A stretch of DNA of 64,000 bases from Chlorokybus atmophyticus (lineage: Eukaryota; Plantae; Mesostigma and Chlorokybus algae): assembly GCA_009103225.1 (NCBI GenBank), contig RHPI01002955.1, positions 249,238 to 313,237 on the forward strand, in the 5' to 3' direction. This document shows, in pieces, positions 10,901 through 22,558 of this stretch; within the stretch, counting starts at the first letter, position 1, and every line of letters starts with the position of its first letter. The notes under the pieces are model-generated. The model worked only from the letters and a program-made list of their open reading frames with translations, made no database searches and was not told the origin of the DNA. The position numbers were made by a program, and so were the translations under genes.

Positions 10901-13329
10901 AAGATGATGAGGCTGTAGCCTTGCCGCACTGATATTAATGCATGTGAGTTTGCATTCTGCTTTATTAATGCAGTGTAGTTCAAGTCTCACGGGGTGCCAT
11001 ATAAGTTGGTATTTGATAGAGACCCAAAATTTGTTAATAAGGTTTGCAAGCCGTGTGCAAGTACATGGGCACGAAGCATACCTAAGTACAGCATACCATC
11101 CTAAATCAACCGGTCAGACACAGAGAGCAAATTAAGTGTTGGAAGACGTGCTGCGCAACTACACTTCGCCAAGGTATGACACCTAAGATGAGTATTTATC
11201 TTTTGATAGAGTTTGCTATTAACAATGCCTGGCATAAGTTCACGCAGAGCACGCCGATCTTCTTGAACTATAGGCGGCATCCATTGACCCCCATGACTTT
11301 GAAACTTCAAGCATTTACTTAGGTACCTGCTGCTAAGAAATTCATTGCTTAACATGCATTCATGTTCAAAGCATGCTAAGCTGTGCATCAGAGCTACACA
11401 TGACAAGGCTATGATGTATGCTCACAAGCATTGCAAGCCTGGTGAGGGTCTCAAGGTCGGGGGCTATGTGCTGTTGAGCTCAAATGAATGTGAAGCTCAA
11501 GATAACAGCCCCTCGCAAGCTGTTGCCCAAATGGTTGGGACCATTCAAGGTAATCACAGTAGCTGGCGATAGAGCTTTGCATGTAAAAAAACTGCCTGCA
11601 AGCATGAGAATACAGGATGTGTTTCATGTGTAATTGCTAAGACCACATTGAAGTGATGGTGCAGTGCAGCTCCTCCAATCAAGGTTGAAGGAGAGGAAGG
11701 GTATGAGGTTGAGGCCATACTTAGTAAGCGGTTCCGAAAGCACACAAGAATATCTTTCAAATCGAGTACTTGATCAAGTGGCATGGTTATGGCGAAGAGC
11801 TTAACCTCTAGGAGCCTTAAGCCAATATGTCAACTTGTGCGAACATAACAGCAGAGTTTGATAGTGAACTCACATCTACAGGGGTCGCTTAAAGAAGCAA
11901 CACGCGGTGCTTTGCTTAATACTGTCAAACACGTGCACATGTCGACAGGTGAACTCTTTTATAATTACTATCAGTGCGAACTCACTGTAAGATGGTTATT
12001 TACTCCCGTGACTTGTAAGTTTTCATGCATGGAGCACAGAGGCTACAGCAGAATTGGCCATCCCGGTCTGGCAGGCGCTGTGCGGGGCAGGACCCAGCCT
12101 GTTACGGGAAGTTGCAAAGCAAATGGGGAGAAATGTCACGCCTAGCAGGCAAGGCATGATCACTCTCAGGTTGCTATGTTGATAGCATGGTTGTATGGGA
12201 GTTCAACTGCTTATGTTGGTGCAGTATCTAAATGGTTTGTGTATGCAATCTTTAAGCTCATGAGCCTTAGGCATGATGAACTGTACAAGGCATTGATAAG
12301 CAGCTTGCAAATAGCTGGTTAGTGTGCATATGCATGCATAAGCATGCATGCCATTGGTCATTGTAGGTGACAAGGTGTTTATGGCTTTTATAAAGGTTTT
12401 TGTTAGCTTTTGTGGCCTGCGTCACAAAAAGAATAATATGTGTCAGCATAGGATGGGCGAAAAGGCTGTTCAGCTCTCCTGTGACCAAGTGGGAAGGCAA
12501 CAGGAAGAAGTATAAAAGTATAAAGTATACAAGTCTAGAGCAGCATGGTATTGGGAGTTCAGTTGTAGTCAGCGCCGTGCTTGCTTGCTGTGTGTTTGGG
12601 GTGCTTGGGTTAAATGATTTAGGGGCCTTCCTTACCCTCTTGTGTGGGGCGTTCGTGAGTGGTTTACCTCGGGTTTTGGTGCTGTACCTTGAATTTAACG
12701 CGTTTACTGAAGAACAGGCGCCTATCTAGGGTTTTAATATGGTATCACCTAGTAGTTGGCGCTTGCACTAACGGAGAGGCGCCTGGCTAGGGGTTTGAGT
12801 GGTTTAACTTCTGGTTGACGCCTATACTGAGGATGAGGCGCCTCCCACGTCCTGCTATTGCTAGCCTTATCTGTAGCCTTCCTTGACTACCTGTAGTTGT
12901 GGACAACCCCTGCTTAGTTGGATCTGCCGATGTGTATTGCTAGGAGTGCATGCATGCGTATGTGCATGCTGCAGCCTTACACGCTTCTCAGTGTGCATGC
13001 TGTAGCCTTATACAGTATTTGTGTATGTGTATGCCTCTTGTATGTTGAGGATGTGCATGGCCTGAGTGCATGTATAGTAGCGTTGCATTTGTGTGCATGT
13101 GTGGCTGCATCTTTCCACGGGCACACTGCATGCTCCCGCATGCGAGAGCCATTATTAGTAAAGTCACAAGCTTAGGCGGCTACAGGTGGGGAGTGGCTTG
13201 ATCACCATATTTATGGTTTGCTAATGGCGACGATGCTACAGGGCTATTGCATTATTGCACTTACTTGCACTAAATGGTTTACATCACACTGATGTGGTGG
13301 TTGTGACAATAGCATGTCAACAAAAGCAC

Positions 13330-15180
13330 AAAATAACCCAGCTTTTATGGGACAAGTGCTTATAGGAGCTTGTCCACTGCTGAGTACTAGAGACTTGGGG
13401 AGTTGTGCTCCATTATCATATACATGCTGTGTTGTAGGGCACACAGTCAACGAGCCATACCCCCCGAGCTTTTGTGAAGGTTCAAGCTTTAGAGCTCAGC
13501 ATCTGACACAAGTGTGCAGGTCCGTTAGTGTGGCAATTATTGCACTAATACTCCACCACTAATACCTCAACCAAAGGAGGGCTTAAGACAGTAGCATTGC
13601 AGCCCTTTGCAAAGGGCTGCAGTGCTATCAATGGCTATAACAAGTGTTACAGTCATTACAAAGTTGTACGAGTGGGTCATCGACGGTATTGCCGCAGCGC
13701 TCACAATGTGCCGCGGGCGGGGCGTGGGTGCTTGATACGCCCGAAGCCAGCCATGCAAAGGAGGTGACTTGATGCGCAGTTCACCATGTTGTTCATCAAC
13801 CTCTTGCCGTTCTGGCCGAAGAGGTCCAACACCCCTTTGGGGTGTACCTTAAGCACTTTAGAAAAATTGCGGCCAATGGAACTGTTGCGCGTATCTTTTA
13901 TGGCCTCCATGCAATTGGGAAAGTCCCTTGCTTAGAACCGACATTGATGCTCCTTGTAGAAGCCACTGCGCACACGCTCATAGCGCAGCGTGTCGCAGTG
14001 CTGCGCAATGCGCAAGTTCATGAAGGCCTTGAGAACATTGAGCTTAAAGAGTGCTGCGAAAGATAGTGTCGTGATGTATGCAGTTGGGGTCATTGAGATT
14101 GTCCACCATACAATCCACCTTCAACTGTGCACAAAAAAGAAGCAGTGGCGGTCACTTGAGCAGCAAGGTATAAGGGCTATACTCGCGCAAAGCTGCTTGC
14201 TTTGATAGCCGGTATTCGAGGGCCACCCATGGCAGGTGGTCATCCCAGGTATTCCTCTCATACTTCAGCATGTGCTTGCGCAGTGCCTTCTTAATGGTCT
14301 GTACTGTGCGCTCGGCAAGACCATCGGCCAAAGGGTGGTCACGCGAGGTACGTCAACGATTAATATGGCACCTGTGCAAAAGGGTGTCGAACTCCCCTTT
14401 GAACTCAGTGCCTTGGTCGATGATGACCTCAGCGCAACTATTGTGCCGGCTGAAAACATGAGAGGAAGGCTTGAGACACCCCGCTGCTGCTTTTGTCGGC
14501 CAATGGCACCAGCTCCACCCACTTGGAAAAGTTCTCAATCGTTACAAAGATGTAGCGGTTGCCGCGTGTCAAGGGTGACAAGTCTCCCAAAATGTTGAGC
14601 CCCTACCAATAGAAGAGACCGAGGATAAGGGGAGGGTTCATTATGGCTCTGCGCGTGTTGAGGCTGGTGCGCACCATGTTATACTACTGGTAGTAGCTTA
14701 CGAGCTCCTGCACCTACTTGTACAATCCATGCCACCAATATTGTGCCCTCATAAAGCTGTTTGCTTTGGTGTCCGAGCTCCGTGCAAAAGGCAGCAATTA
14801 TGCCCTCGCGTGTGGCTGGTGTTGGCACCTCCTTGTCTTCACCATGGAGGCGGCGATGCAGCTCGTTATGCCCAATGATAGTGCTAAGTGCATTGGAATG
14901 ATGCGGTCCTTCTCGCGTGCACTCATGCCGGTGGGAAGCTAGCCACTGCAAAGGAAGGAGAGGGATGGCTCTTTTAGCCATAAGTCCTACCTGGTATCGG
15001 TGGGTACCACCTCTTGTCGACCTCGATGTTGATAATGCGGGTGTCCCCTACGGGTGTGTTCATGGCGGGGCCCGTTGGCTTAAGAGCAGACATCTCCCAA
15101 GCTGTTGCTGTGGCAGTGCACCACATCAGCTGCACCCAGCCTATAAGCATGAAGATCCGCGCGCGTCACTGACCACTAGC
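13330..15180 (-). pseudogene. Degenerate second copy of the integrase-PHD-PPT-LTR end of the methyltransferase-bearing Gypsy family
   Basis: KVLKVHPKGVLDLFGQNGKRLMNNMVNCA...KHPRP aligns with KVLKVHPTGVLDLLGQRGERMKDNMVNCA...QHPRP of ORF 55861-57435. The minus-strand GGGGGG...GTTGACTGTGTGC near 13440-13465 matches 57475-57500. Confidence 0.88.
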
Positions 15181-16264
15181 TAAATCACAACTCTAGACCG
15201 GCTCATTTTATGACCCTAGCCTACATAAGCACCGCGCATAGCTATTCAGCTGTGAATTCATGTATAAGTTGTGTTTTGCATCTAGTGAAGGTTTCTTTGA
15301 AAACCCTGATATGACCGCTAGCTCATGTTCTTATCAATCATAGTTATTTGACTTGTATAAGTAGTCACAGTGTTCACCGGATTAGCTGGTGACACTATGT
15401 GTGAGAAAGTCAGAGCTTTTGAAGCAACTTGAACCATGAAACACACCGTCCCGGTTTCGAAGAATCTTTTCACCATTTAAAAGCCTGTGCATGCTCTCGT
15501 GCACTGTGCTTGTCATCGCCGTGAGCTTGCAGTTGGTGTGTGCTTAGTTGCGGTGTGCTTGGTGGCATTGGTTAGGGCATAGCATCCACATGTTGCTTGC
15601 TCAATTACCTCATTTAATAGTGTAACACATGTTCCACTTATGCAGAAAACTATGTAAATAGGGCAAACTATAGTAGTGGCTTGTCGACTCACAGTGTCAC
15701 CCTCTTTGCCCAAGTGAGTGTGGTTACATTCCGTATATCATAAGTGCACCTTGGAGATTGATACATCTTAATGCATTGTTATCACTTATATCGCAAAGTG
15801 CGCACAAACACTAGTGTGTTGCGTGATAGCAGCGTTGAGTTAGCCTTGTAGAGCACAAGCACTCTACCTTCAAACACTTTCACCATTAGCTGTATTAGCA
15901 GGCCCACCCCGTTCTCGCGAATAGGCGAGGGGAGCCTCAGCAGCTGGAGCCCAACTTTCAACCTCACCTACGAACAAGCAAGTGAAAGAAGCAATTATGT
16001 TTGTGCAGTGTTGATGACGAGATAGAGCCTTCCAGCTCGATAAACTTGCTGCGCTTGTTTGAACGTGCTGGCACTAACATACTTATATATACTGAGTTCA
16101 TCATCAAATTTCACTTCAAGATGCGTCTGCAAGCTCTCCAAAGCAAGGACTGGTAACCTATTGTGTCATTTCATGTCATGGCTTTGTACCTTGATTTTGA
16201 GGCACATAATATGTGGACATCCATTTTTGAGCTGTACAATGTTAATGGCTATGGCGAGCTCGCC

Positions 16265-16819
16265 TGTAATGCCGGTTAATGTGGATTAGGCTAAGAAGGG
16301 CTTATGAAGCATTGATAAGCAATACACAACCTCTCATGGCAGCGACTTTTGCTACCATGGCTTAGTCGGCTAAGCCCCGCGTTACATTGGTAATCGGAGC
16401 TCTAAAGGTCGCGGGATCAAATCCCACCGGGCGCAAGATGCGCGCGAGTGGGTAGATTTTCGGCGACCGTCGGAAACGATCCAAGGCAGTTAGTGTGATT
16501 GGTTAACAATAAGCTGCGAGGTGAAGCTGACTGAGTCGGCGCGCAGGGTCGCTCCTGCGCGCGGCAACGTGGCAAGTCGCCGCGGAAAACTACGCGGCAT
16601 GACCGGTAATGGCTGGTCATGACTGGATGCGAGCAAGTCCTGCCGGTTATGAAGGGCCAAGATGTGCAGGTAAAATCGCGGTTAAAGCCGGGTTGAATGT
16701 AATGCCGGTTAATGTGGAATAGGCTAAGAAGGGCTTCTAAAGCATTAATAAGCAATACACAACCTCTCATGGCAGCGACTTTTGCTACCATGGCTTAGTC
16801 GGCTAAGCCCCGCGTTACA
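16265..16819 (+). mobile_element. Complete TRIM family T2 (122-bp LTRs, 555 bp, non-coding)
   Basis: Near-identical LTRs 16265-16386 and 16698-16819 (TGTAA...TTACA), perfect 5-bp TSD TCGCC, PBS-like TGGTAATCGGAGC 16388-16400. Confidence 0.95.
16358..16425 (+). promoter_or_regulatory. Putative RNA polymerase III type-2 promoter (A-box plus B-box) spanning the LTR/PBS junction
   Basis: A-box TGGCTTAGTCGG 16358-16369 inside the LTR; B-box GGATCAAATCC 16414-16424 within the tRNA-like AAGGTCGCGGGATCAAATCCCACCGGGCGCA. Equivalent sites in T1 (6868/6912) and T3 (19331/19385). Confidence 0.7.
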
Positions 16820-17303
16820 TCGCCAGCACCATAGCATCCACTGCGTTGCACAGCCCTGCAATTTTTACCCCTGTCACAGTGTGCTCTCCAGCTTCAACCA
16901 CTGGCCTTGCTCTAGCTGCAGCTATGCAAACAGTGCAAACGAAGAGGGTGAGATGATTGTCACCTCGTTAACCCCTGCAGAGATCGAGGTCAACACATCC
17001 GACTGCCGTATCAGGGTACTCAAACAGACCACTGCCATCATCGAGCAACAGCAAGATGAGCAGCAAGATGCAGCATCGAAGATGTGTGCGTTACCAATGC
17101 TAATGCTGGGGTTGCGTGCACCAGCAAGAGGCAGTGTCTTCACCCTCGGGTCGGTGGCACTGCGCGCACCAGCCATTGTCGTTGGTGCTGCGATGTTAGA
17201 CTCTCCACTCAAGAATCTCTACGCTGCACTGCAAATTACCTTCCCATCTCAAATCGACAGCTAGATGAAAGAGCGTAGACGCTTCCAATTGAAAGTATCG
17301 CTA

Positions 17304-17357
17304 AAGAGGGTCCTCGTTGGGCTTTCATTGCAATAAAAGCCCAACGAGGACCCTCTT
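17304..17357. repeat. Perfect 22-bp inverted repeat with 10-nt spacer
   Basis: AAGAGGGTCCTCGTTGGGCTTT-cattgcaata-AAAGCCCAACGAGGACCCTCTT. Confidence 0.95.
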
Positions 17358-17444
17358 CGGCAATAATCGTGACTGGAAAGACTGCTGACAAACACTGTGT
17401 ACAAGACTGCCAGCAATGAGGCAGCCGCAGTGGTATATGAGATC

Positions 17445-17633
17445 ATTAAGCGCGTGAAATGCGCGCCCATGAACTCAAGAACTTGGTAATGAGTAATGAG
17501 ACTCTTGTGCCCCTAGTGCCGTAGGCACTTGGGGGCACAAGCACTCATTAAAGTGAGGTATGAGTCACAAGCTCCTCATCTAGTCGCTTGAAGCCTTAGC
17601 ACGGCGGCGCCACCCTTGACGTGGGTGGCAAGT
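17445..17633 (+). repeat. Isolated DIRS terminal A repeat
   Basis: Homologous to 22559-22765 and 28146-28350. Confidence 0.8.
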
Positions 17634-18120
17634 TGTTGAGAACTAGTGATGCGCCTAGTGTGTGTGTATGTGCCTCTCACATACAAGTGTGCACACACTA
17701 AGGACAAGTGCAGCAAGCACGCTAATTATAGAGACAACATGACCCACTGTATTGAACAGTATACAATGTCTTATGCATTATGCTACTAAGCACTAGTCAA
17801 CACTAGTTAATGGTCAAAGTCAATGGTTAATGTTGGGTATGGTTGACCATAATTGCTATACCTCCTATAACTCTCGGAAAGCCTGTGACTATGAACGTTA
17901 AGCTGATCGTACCAACTACATGTAGGCGCCGCCTATACATGTAAATTCTACAACCTATAACCTTTAACACTCCCATGCGGGCAACTTGACCTTGAACTCC
18001 AAGTTCTTCTTGTAAGCTTACCCACATTGGCTTATTCCATTGAACACGCCCGCGGATGTGTTGCTCTCACGAACTTGATGCTTGTCTCCATGACATAATC
18101 CTTCTCCTCGTGCTGCCAGC
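17634..18120 (-). mobile_element. Copia family A 3' LTR (17634-17969) plus 3' UTR fragment
   Basis: Matches LTR A and the adjoining CTCCCA(C/T)GCG...CTTGACCTTGAACTCC region of complete copies. Confidence 0.85.
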
Positions 18121-18122
18121 AG

Positions 18123-19172
18123 AACTCATACACGAGTTACATGCGACACACATCTCATGCTGAGGGGTCGCTATGAGTCGGTAGCATGGTGGCTACGCCC
18201 AGCACCGAAGTGCATTACAATACAATATCTAAGTGTACAGATACCGGCTGATCTATATACAAGTTCGCACTAGGGTGATAGGCTACAATTGTTAATTGTT
18301 ATTGCTTGTTGGAAGTACATATATAGGTGGCGCCTACATGTAATTAGTACGATCAGCTTAACCTTTGTAGTTACGAGAGTTAGGAGAGTTACGGCAGTTA
18401 CGGCAGTTATGGCCAACCATGGTCAACTTTGACTTTGACCGTTGACTTTGACCATTGACTAGTGTTGATTAGTGTTGACTTTGACTAGAGTTGACTAGAG
18501 TTGACTAGTACTTAGTAGCATAGTATATAAGACACTGTATACTGCTTAATATAGTGGGTCGCACATTATCTCTATAGTTGGCGTGCTTGCTGCACTTGTC
18601 CTTAGTGTGTGCACACTTGTATGTAAGAGGCAAATACACACACACTAGGTGCATCACTAGTTCTCAACAACAATTATGGAAACTACTTCTTCACATCAGG
18701 TGCAAAAGTCACGCGCTTTTTCGGTCTTCGTGTTGATGGCGCCATGGCTGCTGACGCAAAAATCGAAGCCTATACACATGCAAAGTAAACCACACTCGCC
18801 ACCCACGTCAAGGATGGCGCCGCCGTGCTAGAATTTCAAGCGACTAAAAATGGAGCTTGTAACTCACAACTCGCTCAAGTGAGTGCTTGTGGCCCCAAGT
18901 GCCCAAGGCACTAGGGGCACAAGAGTCTCATGGAGGTTGACCGCCTATCCTTCCTCCAAACCACACTCGCCACCCACGCCAAAGATGGCGCCGCCGTCCT
19001 AGGGTTTCAAGCAACGAGATAAGGAGCATGTGACTCACAACTCACTCTAGTGAATGCTTGTGCCCCCAAGTGCCCAAGGCACGAGGGGCACAAGAGTCTC
19101 ATAACTCATGAGCGAGTTCTTGAGTTCATGGGCGCGCATTTCATGCGCTTCATGATCTCATATGACTACAAG
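18123..19172 (-). mobile_element. Right end of a second DIRS copy (B repeat, spacer, A repeats) interrupted by a solo LTR
   Basis: Reverse complement matches 28150-28650; a further A repeat lies at ~18960-19172. Confidence 0.8.
18290..18669 (+). mobile_element. Copia family A solo LTR
   Basis: TGTTAA...TCTCAACA flanked by 5-bp TSD ACAAT. Confidence 0.92.
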
Positions 19173-19174
19173 GT

Positions 19175-20508
19175 TCAAATACTCCTTGTTTCCTACTTAC
19201 AACTGTCGCATTATGTTCCACCACGCAATGCCTGACCTTGCTCAGGTGGTTCTAAAGATTCGATGGCAAACTGTCACGAATTGGGATAAATTGTGACAGA
19301 CCTCACTCATGGTATTGTCTTTTACTAACATAGCCTAGTGGTCGGGCCCCAATTGATACAATGATTTCGGAGCTTGACGTCTCAGGTTCAATTCCCGTAG
19401 GGGACTGAGGCAAATCCAATGCAAAAACAAAAACATTTGGGGCGGCTTGCAGTAGGCTGGGCGCGGGATCACGACCTGCGCGCCGAGCTAGTTCAACCTA
19501 AGGCCGTGTGAGCGGTCGCGCTGTGATGGCAGGTCGCGCGGTGAGGATGGCCGTTTGGTCGGTCAGGACCGTTCGTGGGCCGGATCCAACACGCCGCGGG
19601 CAGACCAATTGTGGTACGGCCGCGAAAACGGCGACATGGGCTAGTGCCTCATTGGATTATGAGGAACTCATGGGTTAAATTGGGGAGGAATGTCACGAAT
19701 TGGGATAAATTGTGTCAGACCTCACTCATGGTAGTGTCTTTTACTACCATAGCTTAGTGGTCGGGCCCCAATTGTTACCCAAATTGTGCTATAAACTACA
19801 TTGAGTTCTATACCTTAGCAGTGCTGTACCAGAGTGTAGGCCGTGCAAGGGTTGATCAGACCCTTCTACCAAGAAAAGCACCCCTCCCATCTCCTATTAG
19901 GTAGCTATACAACTCAGTCCTTGCATGCCAACTAAGTGAAGTGCTTTAACCCATACCGTAGACATGTGTGCTACAATGTATGCAGCTCTACACCAGCAAC
20001 TACTCATAGGCTAGCCGTGACTCTCACAGACCTTGATGTCTGCGACCTCCGTCTACGCATATCCTTCACGCGCCCTTGCAGTGGGAGAAGAAGGACGAAC
20101 ACCATTTATTGCAACTTCTTGAGGTCCTCACCAATTATAAGAAGCAATCGCTATCGTGGCATGCTCCTTGGTTTCCTCCTCGTGGATCCTCTTCTGGCAC
20201 TCGCGCATGAAGTGGCCGTTCATCTTGCAGTAGTGACACTCTTTGTCACGTGGTGGCTTCCCACCGCCTGCTTTGCTCCTGCTTTGTGTGTGTTGAGGAG
20301 ATGAGGCAGCAAGTGCGATAGGTTCTCCACCGTTCTCTATCTCCTCAACATCCAACTTGCCTTCCACAGCTAGCAGCTTAGGCACTACATTAGCGAACTT
20401 CAACACCACATAAAAAGACTCCATCACTGTCACTAGCGTAGCAAAACTCTTCCCTAAGCCACCTGGAACTGCCCACATCACCTCCTCTTCCTTCACATCG
20501 CGGCCCAC
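19175..20508 (-). pseudogene. gag: Internal fragment of a gag-only Copia family A element, interrupted by TRIM T3
   Basis: ORF 20128-20508 (DVKEEEVMWAV...CHYCKMNGHFMREC) matches the family A gag; sequence resumes after the TRIM. Confidence 0.85.
19272..19779 (+). mobile_element. Complete TRIM family T3 (89-bp LTRs, 508 bp, non-coding)
   Basis: LTRs 19272-19360 and 19691-19779, TSD CAAAC/CAAAT, degenerate PBS ATGATTTCGGAGC, PPT GGGGAGGAA 19682-19690, A-box TAGCCTAGTGG 19331, B-box GGTTCAATTCC 19385. Confidence 0.9.
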
Positions 20509-21399
20509 TCAATCATGCCAACCGATGCGTGCTCAGCAAATTATCTTCGAGCTCTCGCCATTTGACCCACTCGGACTTTGGCGTCATTCTGTGCAAGACC
20601 TCGTAGTGACCACATTAGACATGTCGCTTAGCGCTAACCCAGCACTTTGTGGGCTTGTTTAAGGGAGCCAACAAGAACGCTTTTTTGTCCCAAAGCACGC
20701 ATAATGCTACTGACTGGATCAAGCGGCACAAGTACATGCGCGACGGCAGGCATATGAAGCATCACGCGCTGCTGCTAGCCAACTTGCAGGGGCATTTGGC
20801 ATCGCTGGTGCCTCCACCACATTTGAGACGATGCCACCTTTCGCAATCGCGATCACTCCGCAGGGGCACACAACTGCTAGTTACCAAGCGAGGGCGTTGG
20901 CATATCAGTTGATCGGGGTAAGCGCTGCTTCCTTCCTTGTTCGAGGATATGCCGGAAGACCAGCGTGATGATGCAGGGCGAGTTTACCTCACCCAACAAG
21001 GGGACACCACACATTAGGGTGGAACTAGTATGGTGGGAGAGTAACAACTCCGTATCGCGCTCGAATGACAAGCAGTTATGCTGCACGGGCCGGAGCGCAA
21101 TGCAAAAAAACAAGTGATGGGGATGCGAGGGCGCAGCGCAGCTTGAGCACGGCTAGTGACGTGGCTCATTGCAAACCACTCTACCGGACCCATGTTTGCT
21201 TGCTACGACAGAGCATAAAGCATATCACACAATCCCGGGGGACATTTTGTATGCAATGTTAATGGAGCTTCTTGTGGTTTTTAACTCATCTTATGAACTA
21301 TTTGCATGCTTTAAGGCCTCTTGCACCTACTAAGTTAAGGAAACTTAATTAACTCTCGCGTCTGCTAGCACGGTATAGTCCTCCGCTTCAAGGTGGCAA

Positions 21400-22558
21400 A
21401 ATCTTGATATTCCAATGGTCTACTCTGAAATCTGCAACGGGCATTTGATGAGGCACCATGTGCCAGCAAAGTTGTTGGCCCGTGTATATGGCAAGCTACA
21501 GTCCATGTTCATGATATCGAGCCCTGTCATTAAACTCGTGACTTGGCATACACGCCGTTTTTAAGAAAAGGAGTTCACACATGGTGCGCTACGCGGAGCG
21601 GAGATTGATGAGCTTACATGGATGCGAGACCACTTTGAGGAGCGCATTACGTGGCGCGCATATGGTCTATAGTGCAGCCGAACATCGTGCAGTTTGTAGA
21701 CATTAGCGGCACTGATTGGGGACTAGTGCGCCGTGGCACGGCTACCACAATAGCAAAGGGCACATTCACGTCTAAGGAGTGCCTCACTTCATCAACATGT
21801 CGTGAGCGTATGTGCCTTGAGCGTGCACTGCTCACTGTAGAGGCGGTGTCACAGCCCACTCGACCACAAGAGACTTGGTGCTTTTATGGGCGATTTGTGG
21901 TAACTTAATGTAACTTCCCATTACACTCCCCCCACTTAAGAACGCTGATGTCCTCGGCAGATGTGTATGCTCAGGTGGGAAATTATCCCAGGGATTTATT
22001 GGGTCGGTCACCGGCCCCACGGTTGAGGTTCGGCCAATTTAGGCCCAAACCAGTTAACGCGCGCATAGCGCACCGCTGCCGGCCCCACAGGTCGCATCAC
22101 GACAGGCAAGTCACATCCTGCCGCGCCAACTGAACATTGGCGCGACTGCCACTCGGCAAGTCGTGCCAACGACCCATCGATGATGGCACTTATGAAGTGA
22201 CCATTTACAATGTTATTGGATCGAGAAACAACGATCGCGAAATTCGTGTGCATGGCAGGAATCGAACCCGGGTTTGAAGCTGCGATGACCAATGTCACAA
22301 CCCACTCGAGCACAAAAGACTTGGTGCTTTTATGGTCAATTTGTGGTAATCTAATGCACCTTCCCATGATAACCGGAGCTATGTGGGTAGGATTATGCTA
22401 TGCTATGGCAATGCCCGCAGTGTATACTGCATCATGTGCAAAGATGGCAGTGAGGCCGCACACTTGCAGCAAGTGGCATATCGCATCCGTTGACATTGCT
22501 ACCGCCATTGCATCCGCTTACGCGTGGAATGGTTGCCATGCGAGTTTGACGAAGAGGC
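21400..22558 (+). pseudogene. DIRS RT/RNase H remnant interrupted by a TRIM
   Basis: Nucleotide similarity to 25900-26560, e.g. IWSIVQPNIVQFVDISGTDWG versus IWPIAQPDIVQFVDASGTDGG. Confidence 0.8.
21847..22371 (-). mobile_element. Complete TRIM family T1 copy
   Basis: 79-bp LTRs 21847-21925 and 22293-22371; minus-strand B-box GGGTTCGATTCC at 22258-22269; decayed TSD GGCGG/ACCGG. Confidence 0.88.

Larger units (their letters stand above)
4387..13308 (+). mobile_element. Old degenerate Ty3/Gypsy chromovirus with ~1.17 kb LTRs
   Basis: LTR pair 4387-5548 (5'-truncated) and 12134-13308 (TGTCAC...GTGACA). PBS TGGTATCGGCGC 5550-5561, PPT GGGGAGAAA before 12134. Fragmented gag ~5640-6600, PR (MIDIGTPKNFVS) ~8300, RT (YLDDILMF) ~9375, RH ~9800-10130, integrase ~10500-11400, chromodomain (GYEVEAILSKR) ~11700. 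Many stops and frameshifts. Confidence 0.88.

Noticed and set aside
16340-16436. Functional tRNA gene
   Set aside because: A- and B-boxes are present but there is no acceptor stem pairing or anticodon arm; the region is the LTR/PBS junction of a TSD-flanked element. The same applies at 6868-6921 and 19331-19395.
20510-21380. Possible coding remnant
   Set aside because: Short ORFs with no motif I can recognise; left unassigned. The same holds for 15180-16260 and 16825-17300.
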